Sequence record: MG592671.1
Length of the DNA stretch: 64,000 nt
Direction: 5' to 3' (one strand)
Positions 19,112-28,344 of the stretch are shown piece after piece (position 1 is the first letter of the stretch; each line of letters opens with the position of its first letter). Below the pieces are notes generated by a model. It was given only the letters and a program-made list of their open reading frames with translations, searched no databases and was not told where the DNA came from. A program made the translations under genes and the position numbers.

Positions 19112-19705
19112 ATGAAAAAACACGTCACAGCAGCAATACTTGGCACACTAGCAACAGGAGTACTCGCATCAACAGATATTGAATTTGCTGACCCATTAAT
19201 GTTTGCATCAATCCCTACTGATAGAGTTGAGAAAGTAACAACTGATGACTTATACGTAATGACTGAGATGATATACTTTGAAGCTCGTAGTGAGAACCTT
19301 AAAGGTCAAATGGCTGTTGGTTTGGCAACATTAAATCGTGTCGAAGACCGCTACCACCCTAACACACTTGAAGACGTGATACATTTTAAAGCTAAAAACA
19401 AATGGGGTACGTGGACGTGTGCTTATTCGTACTACTGTGATGGTAAGTCGGATTTCATGTCGAATAGTGAAGCTCGCGACGATGTACATTACGTAGCTGA
19501 TCTTCTTCTAAGCAACGACATTGAAGATTTCACTAACGGTGCTACGTTATATTTTAACCCAGATGAGGTATCGACTATACCTCATTGGGCACGAAGTGTG
19601 TGTACTGTTTACTTAGGTAAATGGGGAGCACATGAGTTTTATGACCAAGATGTGCGTGTGAATTGTGAAAAAACTAAACCTTCACGTTTCAGTAGAACAC
19701 GCTAG
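19112..19705 (+). CDS. cell wall hydrolase, SleB/Hydrolase_2 family, with signal peptide
   Basis: MIYFEARSE..KGQ.AV....LNRV, CAYSYYCDGK, GATLYF, PHWA, G.HEFY. Confidence 0.85.
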   Translation: MKKHVTAAILGTLATGVLASTDIEFADPLMFASIPTDRVEKVTTDDLYVMTEMIYFEARSENLKGQMAVGLATLNRVEDRYHPNTLEDVIHFKAKNKWGTWTCAYSYYCDGKSDFMSNSEARDDVHYVADLLLSNDIEDFTNGATLYFNPDEVSTIPHWARSVCTVYLGKWGAHEFYDQDVRVNCEKTKPSRFSRTR

Positions 19706-19726
19706 TACTCAAATAATGTTTTAACT

Positions 19727-19756
19727 AAAAATGCAAGCCTTAAGGCTTGCATTTTT
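19727..19756. terminator. 30-bp perfect palindrome, bidirectional terminator-like
   Basis: AAAAATGCAAGCCTTAAGGCTTGCATTTTT. Confidence 0.65.
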
Positions 19757-19774
19757 TATATAAGGAACTTTAGA

Positions 19775-20170
19775 ATGAATCGAATGTCTATGATTAGTAA
19801 ATTTAGCCAAGTTGTGACCGCAACTCGACCCCAAATTAACGCCACACCATTAGCAGAGCGAAACGACATTAATGTTCGAAAACACACGCGTGAACGTTAT
19901 CGTGAACGTTTCAATCGAGATGGTCTTACTGACGAATACATTAACAAACATGTCACTCAGATGCTAGTTGACAGTACAATATGCACGTCAGAACAGAAAC
20001 GCTTGATAATGAACAAATGTTCACATGATATTAGAAATAATTACATGTACAACGATGAGTATGAACAATACAGCTTTGGTGATATTGTTTTCTGCGTCGC
20101 GTTTAAAGAAGAGATGCAAAACGATGTACTTGTGAATGTACGACACGTGATCACACTATATTACCTATAA
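19775..20170 (+). CDS. hypothetical protein (KHTRERYRERF motif)
   Basis: 131 aa ORF, AAGGA RBS. Confidence 0.6.
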   Translation: MNRMSMISKFSQVVTATRPQINATPLAERNDINVRKHTRERYRERFNRDGLTDEYINKHVTQMLVDSTICTSEQKRLIMNKCSHDIRNNYMYNDEYEQYSFGDIVFCVAFKEEMQNDVLVNVRHVITLYYL

Positions 20171-20172
20171 GG

Positions 20173-20358
20173 ATGATAACAATGAAGTATTTTGTAATGT
20201 ATCTTTTAATATGTATCATATCAACTTTGTGTGTTGATGTTATACATGGAAAAGAACTCTTTTCCACAATTAATGAGATTACTGTTTTAATTGGTAAGTT
20301 GCTTTTTATTATTGTAGTTTGGGTACTAAGTGATCCAATATACGACATGCCTGTGTAG
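20173..20358 (+). CDS. small membrane protein
   Basis: two hydrophobic stretches. Confidence 0.5.
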   Translation: MITMKYFVMYLLICIISTLCVDVIHGKELFSTINEITVLIGKLLFIIVVWVLSDPIYDMPV

Positions 20359-20527
20359 CTGGGATGATCATGTTTTTAGCAAACGTATTCAAAATGTATT
20401 TGTCCATAGGACTATTATATGATGTGTTTTATGGACACGCCTTAGGGACTACCGCAGTCACAACACTAATTAATATCCTACTGTACAGTGGGTTAATTAA
20501 TGCGTGATATGTGAACGTGTTAAATAT

Positions 20528-20552
20528 CGCAACTTTTGTTTTATACTATATT
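20528..20552 (+). promoter_or_regulatory. phage-specific promoter motif
   Basis: CGCAACTTTTGTTTTATACTATATT. Confidence 0.55.
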
Positions 20553-20673
20553 GTAAGTACAAGGTCAGCATGGACTTTATCGTTATTGGTTCTGTGATAG
20601 CTGTAATGATTGCACACAGAACAGCCCAAGCAATTATCCCATTAATCAAACGCAACAAGAAGGCGCATTAACT

Positions 20674-21165
20674 ATGACAACACAAACTATGATATCAGTA
20701 TTCCACCCCAACTTTCCTCAAACAGTTGAGCAGATTGATACTGCTTACTCTTCGCAAACACGCGGTGAGCTTTTGTTCGCTAACATCCACAAAGCTATTG
20801 CAGATAGTGATGCTCACTCGCAAGGCCCATTCAAAGTTGTTGCTGCTTTTGATCCTGATCCAGAGCTCAGTAACAAATACCGTATGTTCGTTGGATTAGA
20901 CAAAGATATGTCTCCTTGGCTTTACACTGTAGAGCACGGTGCGCACTGGTATGATAACTCCATTAAAGACACTACTAACTTCAGTGTAAATCCCAAAACA
21001 GGTGATGTTCTAGTGTACGAAATGAAATATCTCTGGAGCCCTATAGAGGGGAAAATGTGTGACGAATTCGAAAAAGGCATGAACCGTATTGTTGGTTCTA
21101 TTACTGGTACAGAGTACCACAACGAATCAGTTGAGAACGCAGGTCGCTACCCGGGGATGGTATAA
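20674..21165 (+). CDS. hypothetical protein
   Basis: 163 aa ORF. Confidence 0.65.
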   Translation: MTTQTMISVFHPNFPQTVEQIDTAYSSQTRGELLFANIHKAIADSDAHSQGPFKVVAAFDPDPELSNKYRMFVGLDKDMSPWLYTVEHGAHWYDNSIKDTTNFSVNPKTGDVLVYEMKYLWSPIEGKMCDEFEKGMNRIVGSITGTEYHNESVENAGRYPGMV

Positions 21166-21497
21166 TGAATATTTTAATTGATTACAACTGTGACGGAACC
21201 CTCACTGCATGTGCTACTGAAGAAGTAGCTAATACTCTTAAATGTATTTTTGAGCAGCTTGGCTACGGGGCTGACGAGCGTACATTAGCGTCAGCAACCA
21301 AAGTCAAAACTATCGCTGAAGCACAAGAAGAATACCCAAATAAAGATTATGTAAATCTTAACCCGTTAAACAGAGAAAAACTAGACGAACTAGATGCTCA
21401 ATTAGATAATCTTTTGAATGTGGAAGATAACAACGCTGAGGCTTTAGATTGGCTATGGAGCAAGTTGAGTGAACACGATTTAGGAGAGCAGCGATGA
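21165..21497 (+). CDS. hypothetical acidic protein
   Basis: TAATG coupling. Confidence 0.65.
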   Translation: MNILIDYNCDGTLTACATEEVANTLKCIFEQLGYGADERTLASATKVKTIAEAQEEYPNKDYVNLNPLNREKLDELDAQLDNLLNVEDNNAEALDWLWSKLSEHDLGEQR

Positions 21498-21628
21498 AAC
21501 TTTTCGATATCAAGTTCAAAAACGGCCGTACTATACAAGAGTACGGACACTCAGAGGATGACATCAAAGACTTCTTAAAACGCTCATATTCACACGAAGG
21601 CGAAGTTCAAAGTATTAAGGAGATGTAA
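21494..21628 (+). CDS. small hypothetical protein (44 aa, not in track)
   Basis: MKLFDIKFKNGRTIQEYG...; ATGA overlap, AGGAG RBS, fills gap. Confidence 0.5.
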   Translation: MKLFDIKFKNGRTIQEYGHSEDDIKDFLKRSYSHEGEVQSIKEM

Positions 21629-22006
21629 ATGATTAATCTTAATCCTAAGCTCCAGCTCGTGGAGAGCAAGGCGACCGTTATTGCATATGACATACAAGTC
21701 ACTCGCAACATCTACTCGTACCGTGGAGAACTTTTATCTAATTTTAATGGTGAAAAGATTTCTGTTGAGAAGAAAGGCGATGTTTACTATCGTACTGGAG
21801 TAAGTGTCATTGACTGCGTTAAGTATGTCCACGCAGGTCCAGATGTGTTTGAGATCACAGTGTTAGGTAGAACAAAGCATTTTAATCTACCTTTTAATGA
21901 AGTGAAAACAATACTAGAGAGCGAGCGTGATTCTCTTTTAGCTGTGGGCCCGATACCATACATCCCGGATCCTTGGATAGATTATATTGCAGGTAAGTCA
22001 AAATGA
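21629..22006 (+). CDS. hypothetical protein
   Basis: 125 aa ORF, AAGGAG RBS. Confidence 0.65.
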   Translation: MINLNPKLQLVESKATVIAYDIQVTRNIYSYRGELLSNFNGEKISVEKKGDVYYRTGVSVIDCVKYVHAGPDVFEITVLGRTKHFNLPFNEVKTILESERDSLLAVGPIPYIPDPWIDYIAGKSK

Positions 22007-22227
22007 TCAAGCAAACATTTAAAGTAGATGGAACGACAGCCGCACGTGATCTATTATCTGACTTGCAAGCGGAGTGTAAGATGAGTTGGGCCATTCCACC
22101 TCCACACAACGATGAAACACACGAAACGTTCTTCGAGTTCGATACAAAGGAAGACGTTCAGAAAGCACAGAAGATCTACAATGCATGCCATAAAGCTCGC
22201 TACATCAGCATTGCAAGTGCATTATAG
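22003..22227 (+). CDS. hypothetical protein
   Basis: ATGA overlap. Confidence 0.55.
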   Translation: MIKQTFKVDGTTAARDLLSDLQAECKMSWAIPPPHNDETHETFFEFDTKEDVQKAQKIYNACHKARYISIASAL

Positions 22228-22356
22228 CTTTAGGCGTGGCATTCGTGCTACGCCTTTTTGTGTGGGCAATCACTTAAGATGGGCATGCCCATCCATCTAA
22301 AATGACGTGCACTATCATGCATGTCACTACCTAAACTCCTTATAAGGTATTAACTA

Positions 22357-22638
22357 ATGAACTTTGAACACTTGTATGACAACATGACTGATTGCGGTCA
22401 AATTGCTGATGTTTTGCGCCAAGCCAATACTTACGATAAAGCTGCTGACGTTCTTGGGACTTTAATGTGCTCAATGGGCGTGCCTCTAGGCTTTGGTAAA
22501 ACAGCTGATGAAGTTTTTAAAAATACTGAAAACGATGACGAGAAACTGATCGCAGCCATCATCCAAGTATGCAAGGACTGCGAGTGCACTCCAGAAGTAA
22601 TTGCATCGTTGGAGCAATGTCTCGAGGAAGGGTTTTAA
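22357..22638 (+). CDS. hypothetical protein
   Basis: 93 aa ORF, AAGG RBS. Confidence 0.6.
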   Translation: MNFEHLYDNMTDCGQIADVLRQANTYDKAADVLGTLMCSMGVPLGFGKTADEVFKNTENDDEKLIAAIIQVCKDCECTPEVIASLEQCLEEGF

Positions 22639-22645
22639 TAAAATT

Positions 22646-22670
22646 CGTAACTAATGTTTTATATTATAAT
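22646..22670 (+). promoter_or_regulatory. phage-specific promoter motif
   Basis: CGTAACTAATGTTTTATATTATAAT. Confidence 0.65.
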
Positions 22671-22710
22671 GTAAGCACAGGGTTTACAACAATATAAGAG
22701 AGTATTAATT

Positions 22711-23379
22711 ATGAACACTAAAACTTTATTAACATCAGTAATCATCGCAGCATCTTCAATCTTAACTGGCTGTTCTGCTAATGGTGTACCTGCTCCAGCA
22801 ATCCAGTCAAACACTATGACTCAAAACGTTGAAAAAATATTCATAGGAATTCCAGCGTTAATGGCCATTGAAGGATCGTCAGTGCGCTTAGATGATAAAT
22901 GGTTTGTGACTGGAATGCATAACAAATACATCCTAGACAACACTGGTAATGAAGTGTATTACCATCCTACATGTGATATTGCGCTAGTCCGAGAAGATGG
23001 TAATAGCTCAGAAGTATCCAAGGTTGTTGAAAACGAAGAGATTGCAGTTGTGGGATATCCGCTATACTACCCTACAATTAGCATCAATAAAGGAAAGCAT
23101 ATTGGGTTTATGAACTTTTCAGATGGTCCGTGGAAAGATTGCGATGCGTTTGAGCTAAGTACAGCAACTACTATGGCTGGAATCTCGGGAGGAGGCGTGT
23201 TTAACAAAAATCAACAATTAGTTGGTGTAATATCCGGTGTTGTGTTCCAGGAACTTCCAATTATTGGTGGCGATTTTGATGGTCAGACTCCAAGATTCAC
23301 GTCATATTTTGTTAATCTATACAAAGTTCGTGGTTGGTTAACAGAGATTACTGGTGTTGACTATTTCAATAACAAATAA
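22711..23379 (+). CDS. lipoprotein trypsin-like serine protease
   Basis: lipobox ILTG-C; catalytic triad VTGMH, CDIAL, AGISGGGV. Confidence 0.75.
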   Translation: MNTKTLLTSVIIAASSILTGCSANGVPAPAIQSNTMTQNVEKIFIGIPALMAIEGSSVRLDDKWFVTGMHNKYILDNTGNEVYYHPTCDIALVREDGNSSEVSKVVENEEIAVVGYPLYYPTISINKGKHIGFMNFSDGPWKDCDAFELSTATTMAGISGGGVFNKNQQLVGVISGVVFQELPIIGGDFDGQTPRFTSYFVNLYKVRGWLTEITGVDYFNNK

Positions 23380-23391
23380 AATGGTTTAATA

Positions 23392-23745
23392 ATGAGACTA
23401 ATCACTAAAGCAATTATCCTTTGCTCTATAGCAATTTTAAGCATTCTGTGGAATATAGCAGCCCAAGCAACAGAAGATGATAAAAAGAAACACCTTGTTG
23501 CCTCAGCTGTGATAGGTACAGCAACACAGATGTACACTGAGGATTGGAAAACCTCAATGACTGTTTGTACTTCTATTGGTGTGGCTAAGGAGCTTATAGA
23601 CAGTGTTGGGCCTGGAACTGCTGATGCTAAAGATATAGCATACGATATTGCTGGTTGTGCTATTGGTGTTATAGTCGGCGATACTGCGGTTAAGGTGTAT
23701 CACTTAGATAGCGGCGCAGGAATACAATATACAATTAAGTTTTAA
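23392..23745 (+). CDS. YfiM-like secreted/membrane protein
   Basis: signal peptide; DDKKKHL.AS...GVAKELIDS.G.G.AD.KD...D..G; paralog of 746-1003. Confidence 0.6.
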   Translation: MRLITKAIILCSIAILSILWNIAAQATEDDKKKHLVASAVIGTATQMYTEDWKTSMTVCTSIGVAKELIDSVGPGTADAKDIAYDIAGCAIGVIVGDTAVKVYHLDSGAGIQYTIKF

Positions 23746-23760
23746 TCACTTAAAACAAAA

Positions 23761-23796
23761 GCCCCTTAACGGGGCTTTTTTTATGACTAAATGAAA
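23761..23796 (+). terminator. intrinsic terminator
   Basis: GCCCC-TTAAC-GGGGC + T7 + ATGACTAAATGAAA. Confidence 0.8.
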
Positions 23797-24000
23797 CACG
23801 CGGATGTTGATGCATAAAACCCAACGCACGGACCGTTGCTGTCGCAGCGGGTATTAATGTGTAACATGTTGCTATTAATTAACTACTACCGCATTAGCTT
23901 ATGTGGCTCTGTGCTGGTAACACGTATGATTTGCGCATTACAAAACAAACATAAACACGTAAAATATTCCATCAAGATGGTATTAAGATACTACTAAATC

Positions 24001-24025
24001 CGCAACTAATGTTTTATAATATACT
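24001..24025 (+). promoter_or_regulatory. phage-specific promoter motif
   Basis: CGCAACTAATGTTTTATAATATACT. Confidence 0.7.
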
Positions 24026-24056
24026 GTAAGCAACGATATTAATATGGAGTACCTAT

Positions 24057-24440
24057 ATGAAAGTTCCTATTTTAGGATTACTAATTGTCGCATTCACAAC
24101 CTCACCAAGCACAAACGCTCACAGCCATACGCCAATAAGCTTTGGTGGATTACAAAATCCATTGGACGCAATTACAATGACAGGTGTGTCCACTGTTATG
24201 ATCACAGTTGGAAACTTAAACAATTTTCCGCAGGCATACGAAGTGTATGTAGACGATGAAAAGATTGGAACCACCACAGAAGTTCCACCAGGGCTGTTCC
24301 GAAAGTTGCCAATCCCAGTCAAATTAAACAAACCAAATACACCAGAAATTCACACAGTGTGTTCAGTAAGTGTTGCTCGTGAAAATGATATGTTTCGTAG
24401 CAAGATATGTACTGAAGCGAAGTTATACTGGAAAATGTGA
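24057..24440 (+). CDS. secreted Ig-like/pilus-chaperone-like protein
   Basis: signal peptide ending AH; beta-rich; terminal CSVS...RSKIC disulfide pair. Confidence 0.55.
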   Translation: MKVPILGLLIVAFTTSPSTNAHSHTPISFGGLQNPLDAITMTGVSTVMITVGNLNNFPQAYEVYVDDEKIGTTTEVPPGLFRKLPIPVKLNKPNTPEIHTVCSVSVARENDMFRSKICTEAKLYWKM

Positions 24441-24478
24441 TTCTAAAACTCTTGCACAATAACCTAAAAGGTATTATT

Positions 24479-24841
24479 ATGAAAAAGATTGCATTTATCG
24501 CTCTTATGACAATTGGTGTTATACCAAATACATATGCAGACACCATACGTACTTCTGACGGCATTTCTTGTAGTTTTGATGCCGATGATTCCCCGTACGA
24601 GGTTGAGTCATATATAGAACAGGGCGACTTCAACAGCAATAGCAACTATAATGACATGTACACTGATTCCATCCAAGATGATCAGCGTGTTGGAGTTAAA
24701 CTTACTGTGAAGTTTGGAGGGCCTAAGCGACTAAACTGTGATAAATTGTATCAGTTAGAACTACGTAGTAAATCGGCTAAGGTGGCTGAATTAGAAGCTA
24801 AAGTCAAAGCTCTAGAAGCTGCTCAAGACATTAAATGGTAA
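24479..24841 (+). CDS. secreted protein with C-terminal coiled coil
   Basis: signal peptide, IRTSDG.SC ... RLNCDKLYQLEL, coil KVAELEAKVKALE. Confidence 0.6.
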   Translation: MKKIAFIALMTIGVIPNTYADTIRTSDGISCSFDADDSPYEVESYIEQGDFNSNSNYNDMYTDSIQDDQRVGVKLTVKFGGPKRLNCDKLYQLELRSKSAKVAELEAKVKALEAAQDIKW

Positions 24842-24869
24842 ACAATATTTAACGACACGCGCTATAACC

Positions 24870-24912
24870 CATAACTAATGTGTTATAATAAAATATAAGC
24901 AATAATGCTTAT
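24870..24912 (+). promoter_or_regulatory. phage-specific promoter + leader hairpin
   Basis: CATAACTAATGTGTTATAATAAAAT then TAAGCAATAATGCTTA. Confidence 0.6.
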
Positions 24913-24934
24913 CTAATTAATAGAGAGAAACATC

Positions 24935-25408
24935 ATGAAAAAGACTATCTTTGCTTTGGTACTTGCTGCCGCTTCATCTTCTGCGTTTGCCGCTACATCT
25001 GAAGTTGGTGAATCTAAAACTTCTTCGTTACACTTTTCAGAAGAAGTTGTTCGTGTTTGCGGTATCACAACAAACGACAATGTAGGTTCAATTGTATTTG
25101 GTGAAGGCGACGTTAGCTCTGATGAAACCTCGGTTGGTTTTACTGTTGTAGATAATGGTGCGCACAACCATAATGGCCAAACACTCATCTCTATCGGCTC
25201 TGTGCAACTAAGCGATAACATCGATGGCGAAGATGTTCGTTTTGGTATCAATACACAAGACGGATACGCTGGCGCTGATGATAAGTTTACTGTTTGGACT
25301 GGCCAAGAGCAGCAAGTTTACGCTCAATTACCAGACACTAACGCTGCCAGTGTAAACAGCGGCGAAGCTACAATTCAAGCAGTTGTAACGGTTCATTGTA
25401 ACCAATAA
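24935..25408 (+). CDS. secreted pilin/fimbrial-subunit-like protein
   Basis: signal peptide MKKTIFALVLAAASSSAFA; Cys near N- and C-termini (RVCGIT, VTVHCNQ); alternating terminal beta strand. Confidence 0.55.
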   Translation: MKKTIFALVLAAASSSAFAATSEVGESKTSSLHFSEEVVRVCGITTNDNVGSIVFGEGDVSSDETSVGFTVVDNGAHNHNGQTLISIGSVQLSDNIDGEDVRFGINTQDGYAGADDKFTVWTGQEQQVYAQLPDTNAASVNSGEATIQAVVTVHCNQ

Positions 25409-25425
25409 GAGTTAGACAAACTCAT

Positions 25426-25468
25426 AAAACCCTGACTTAAGTCAGGGTTTTTTTATGACTAAATGAAA
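25426..25468 (+). terminator. palindromic intrinsic terminator
   Basis: AAAACCCTGACTTAAGTCAGGGTTTT + T + ATGACTAAATGAAA. Confidence 0.8.
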
Positions 25469-25497
25469 TAATTGGATAATGATAGTTTGTGCAGATT

Positions 25498-25522
25498 CGC
25501 AACTAATGTTTTATAATATATT
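25498..25522 (+). promoter_or_regulatory. phage-specific promoter motif
   Basis: CGCAACTAATGTTTTATAATATATT. Confidence 0.7.
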
Positions 25523-25564
25523 GCAAGTAGAAACTATTAATTATTGACTATTAAGGATAACACC

Positions 25565-26146
25565 ATGACCTCAGTTGACAGACAAATCCAACTACTGTTA
25601 AACAAGCAAGCTGCCATAGCTCGCATCAACGAAGTACTAGAGTTGGCAATACAAAAGTTCCCATCAATTAAAAAATGGGGCGATGTTACATCAACTCCAG
25701 TTCTTTGGGATTTACATAGTGGCAGACATCTTGGGCAGTTCTGTTTTAAATCAAACGCAAACACGCGTGAGGTCCATAGCTTCATACTACGTTTCAACCC
25801 GCAAATGCTTAGAGATGAAAACATGCCGCAACTTCTCCAAGATACTATCCCGCATGAAGTAGCTCATTTAGTAGCAGCTATTATTTGTGGCCCTTATGAG
25901 GGGCATGGCAGTACCTGGTCACGCATTGCAGTAATTCTAGGGTGTGACGGAAACCGTCTATGTAGAGATGGAGCGGTAAATCTCAAACCTATTAGAACAA
26001 CAAGAGAATTTGTATATATTTTGGACAGTGGTGATGACGTAATTATGTCATCAATTCGCCACAACAAAATACAGAAGAAAGGCGCTACGTATCGTACAAG
26101 AGATGGGCAGATTATAGCAGCAGAGCACTTCTTCGAAGAGGCTTAA
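25565..26146 (+). CDS. SprT-like zinc metalloprotease
   Basis: TIPHEVAHL, HG..W......LG, C-terminal RH.KI..G..Y.; ATG 25565 with AAGGA RBS. Confidence 0.8.
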   Translation: MTSVDRQIQLLLNKQAAIARINEVLELAIQKFPSIKKWGDVTSTPVLWDLHSGRHLGQFCFKSNANTREVHSFILRFNPQMLRDENMPQLLQDTIPHEVAHLVAAIICGPYEGHGSTWSRIAVILGCDGNRLCRDGAVNLKPIRTTREFVYILDSGDDVIMSSIRHNKIQKKGATYRTRDGQIIAAEHFFEEA

Positions 26147-26162
26147 TAAAGGGCAGGTCACT

Positions 26163-26213
26163 GCCCTTTTCGTGCGACTTGGAGTTAGCAAAACCCGCAA
26201 CTAATGTTTTATA
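26163..26213 (+). repeat. 51-bp terminator-tail/promoter direct repeat, copy 1
   Basis: GCCCTTTTCGTGCGACTTGGAGTTAGCAAAACCCGCAACTAATGTTTTATA, identical at 27115-27165. Confidence 0.9.
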
Positions 26214-26262
26214 ATATAATATAAGCAATGTCGCTTATTCACTATTTCCAAGGAAAAACACT

Positions 26263-26574
26263 ATGACTGATATGTATAAAAAACACTGTGACTCATGTAA
26301 TGCTGAGACTGAGAGCGATTGCATTTGTAATGAATGTATAGGATGTCATAACGACTTCAATGAATGTATTTGTCAAGAACTTTACGAAGAAGCAGAGTTT
26401 GCTTCTGAAATGGAAGAAGCAAAGTACACTTGCTCTTGTGGAGAACCTAAAAGTCCAAAAGAGTTTGCATGCGACGAGTGTATTCGTGATGCCGAAGACG
26501 GTATGGAAGAGGCGGAAGAACGTCGTAGAAATCGTATCACTGAACAAATGGAATGTGATAGCTGGTGGGAATAG
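26263..26574 (+). CDS. small Cys-rich acidic (metal-binding) protein
   Basis: many CxxC/CxC motifs, Glu-rich. Confidence 0.65.
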   Translation: MTDMYKKHCDSCNAETESDCICNECIGCHNDFNECICQELYEEAEFASEMEEAKYTCSCGEPKSPKEFACDECIRDAEDGMEEAEERRRNRITEQMECDSWWE

Positions 26575-26704
26575 TAGCACACGTATGGTTTCTTCGATAA
26601 GAGCTGTACAATAAAACATCCAAAAGGCGACCTAGTGTTGCCTTTTCGCACAAGTGATAACTCAATAAGGAAACGACAACGAGCTTGTTATTAAGGAATG
26701 TATT

Positions 26705-27067
26705 ATGTTAAACAAATCAAAGAAACAAACAGATGTACATGAAGAACCAGAAGTACCAGAAGTACATGAAAAGAGCTTCTGGGATAAAGTTAAGTCCGGA
26801 GCATCAAAAATGGGTGAAGAGGTAGCTATCTTAGGTATTAAGACGTACCTTTGTATGCTTGACAGTAATACGCCTAAAAGACACAAAGTTATACTTGGTA
26901 CTGCAATAGCGTACTTGATCCTGCCAGTCGATGCCATCCCAGATGCCATTGTTGGTGTAGGCTATACTGATGATCTTGGCGCGCTAGTTGCTGCTGGTAA
27001 CGCTGTTGATAGCTCACTAACAGAAGAGCATGATGCTGAAGCGCGTGTGAAATGGAACAAACTATAA
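26705..27067 (+). CDS. YkvA / DUF1232 family membrane protein
   Basis: TP...K......AYLILPVD.IPD.I.GVGYTDD. Confidence 0.8.
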   Translation: MLNKSKKQTDVHEEPEVPEVHEKSFWDKVKSGASKMGEEVAILGIKTYLCMLDSNTPKRHKVILGTAIAYLILPVDAIPDAIVGVGYTDDLGALVAAGNAVDSSLTEEHDAEARVKWNKL

Positions 27068-27114
27068 TAGTATTCCATAACGGTTCTAATTATTCTACAG
27101 AAAGGGCGTAGACC

Positions 27115-27165
27115 GCCCTTTTCGTGCGACTTGGAGTTAGCAAAACCCGCAACTAATGTTTTATA
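27115..27165 (+). repeat. 51-bp terminator-tail/promoter direct repeat, copy 2
   Basis: identical to 26163-26213. Confidence 0.9.
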
Positions 27166-27202
27166 ATATAATATAAGTAAAATACACAAGAGGCAATCTA
27201 AA

Positions 27203-27295
27203 ATGAAACGTAACATCTCAAAACGCGCAAAACAGTCACGTCGTCAGTGGTTCACCCAACAAGCACCTAAAACAAATAAGAAGGATAACGCATAA
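27203..27295 (+). CDS. 30-aa basic peptide (not in track)
   Basis: MKRNISKRAKQSRRQWFTQQAPKTNKKDNA*, AGAGG RBS, first gene after promoter, TAATG coupling. Confidence 0.5.
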   Translation: MKRNISKRAKQSRRQWFTQQAPKTNKKDNA

Positions 27296-27606
27296 TGTAT
27301 TCTAAAGCACTTGCTGAACTTACTGAATTAATACAAAAGTCACACAATATAGAACTCAAAAATGATTCTATGGTGTTCCAGCTATTCTCCGACGGGGAAC
27401 TGACCTTAACTAAAGGCGGTGAGTTATTCGGCAAACGCCGCACGCATCAAATAATGGCTGCGCTAAATGTTAACAAAGAAGTACAAGAAGTACTCAGTAC
27501 AGTTATGCCATTAGAGCAGGCAGGTTGGAAGTTCATATTTGTTCAAACAAAAGAACAAGCAATTAAAATCCGCCGAGCAATTATCAAAACACAAGCCTTA
27601 GTTTAA
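27295..27606 (+). CDS. hypothetical protein
   Basis: 103 aa ORF, AAGGA RBS. Confidence 0.65.
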   Translation: MYSKALAELTELIQKSHNIELKNDSMVFQLFSDGELTLTKGGELFGKRRTHQIMAALNVNKEVQEVLSTVMPLEQAGWKFIFVQTKEQAIKIRRAIIKTQALV

Positions 27607-27624
27607 CAATACGGAGAATATAAA

Positions 27625-28206
27625 ATGACTAACACAAAGAATTTTAAAATTGGCGATTTCTGTAATATGTACATATACAACGGCATGCACAAAGAAGGAT
27701 CCATAGAGTCCGGCCAAGTTATCGACATCAATGAAGGACTGTACCCTGAAGACGGGAAAATGATCGATGAAACAAAGATCACCATCTTAACAGTGACCGG
27801 GATGCACATCCAACGCCTTGATTGTTACTGCGAGAAAATTAGTGAATCCCAATACATTTCAAACGCATCGAACTTACGCAGCTCTCAGTATGTGAAGTTT
27901 AATAACGATAAATCACGTGAATACTTCGGTGAATTTCTTCAGAAGGATACTGTAAAGTACCTCGGCACTAATAATCAAGAGATCTCCAGTGATATCCGCG
28001 CACTTACGCCAAACGAACTAAAAACAGCAGTGTTCTATAAGTTCTGTATTGACAATTACGAAAACGGCTACGATGTATTCATTGAGTGCTATTCAGGAAA
28101 TGAGCTTGAAGAATATGTTCTAGGACATGAGCGATTTGTGGATCTAATGCGTGAAGCTAAACTAGAAGTTCAAGCCCGAAACGAATATATGGCAGAAATC
28201 TTCTAA
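27625..28206 (+). CDS. hypothetical protein
   Basis: 193 aa ORF, GGAG RBS, terminator at 28235-28260. Confidence 0.7.
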   Translation: MTNTKNFKIGDFCNMYIYNGMHKEGSIESGQVIDINEGLYPEDGKMIDETKITILTVTGMHIQRLDCYCEKISESQYISNASNLRSSQYVKFNNDKSREYFGEFLQKDTVKYLGTNNQEISSDIRALTPNELKTAVFYKFCIDNYENGYDVFIECYSGNELEEYVLGHERFVDLMREAKLEVQARNEYMAEIF

Positions 28207-28234
28207 TAAGCACCCCAAGCACCCCAAGCACCTA

Positions 28235-28274
28235 GGCGGCCTAAACAGTCGCCTTTTTTTACGACTAAATGAAA
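28235..28274 (+). terminator. intrinsic terminator
   Basis: GGCGGC..GTCGCC + T7 + ACGACTAAATGAAA. Confidence 0.65.
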
Positions 28275-28344
28275 TAAACGGAGACCTGGCTATAGCGCCT
28301 AAATAAAATATTATATTAAAGAGCACAACAGGAGAGTACCCAAT

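Noticed and set aside
19775-20170. Colicin E5/D-like RNase from the KHTRERYRER motif
   Set aside because: Only a short motif resemblance; not enough to assign a function.
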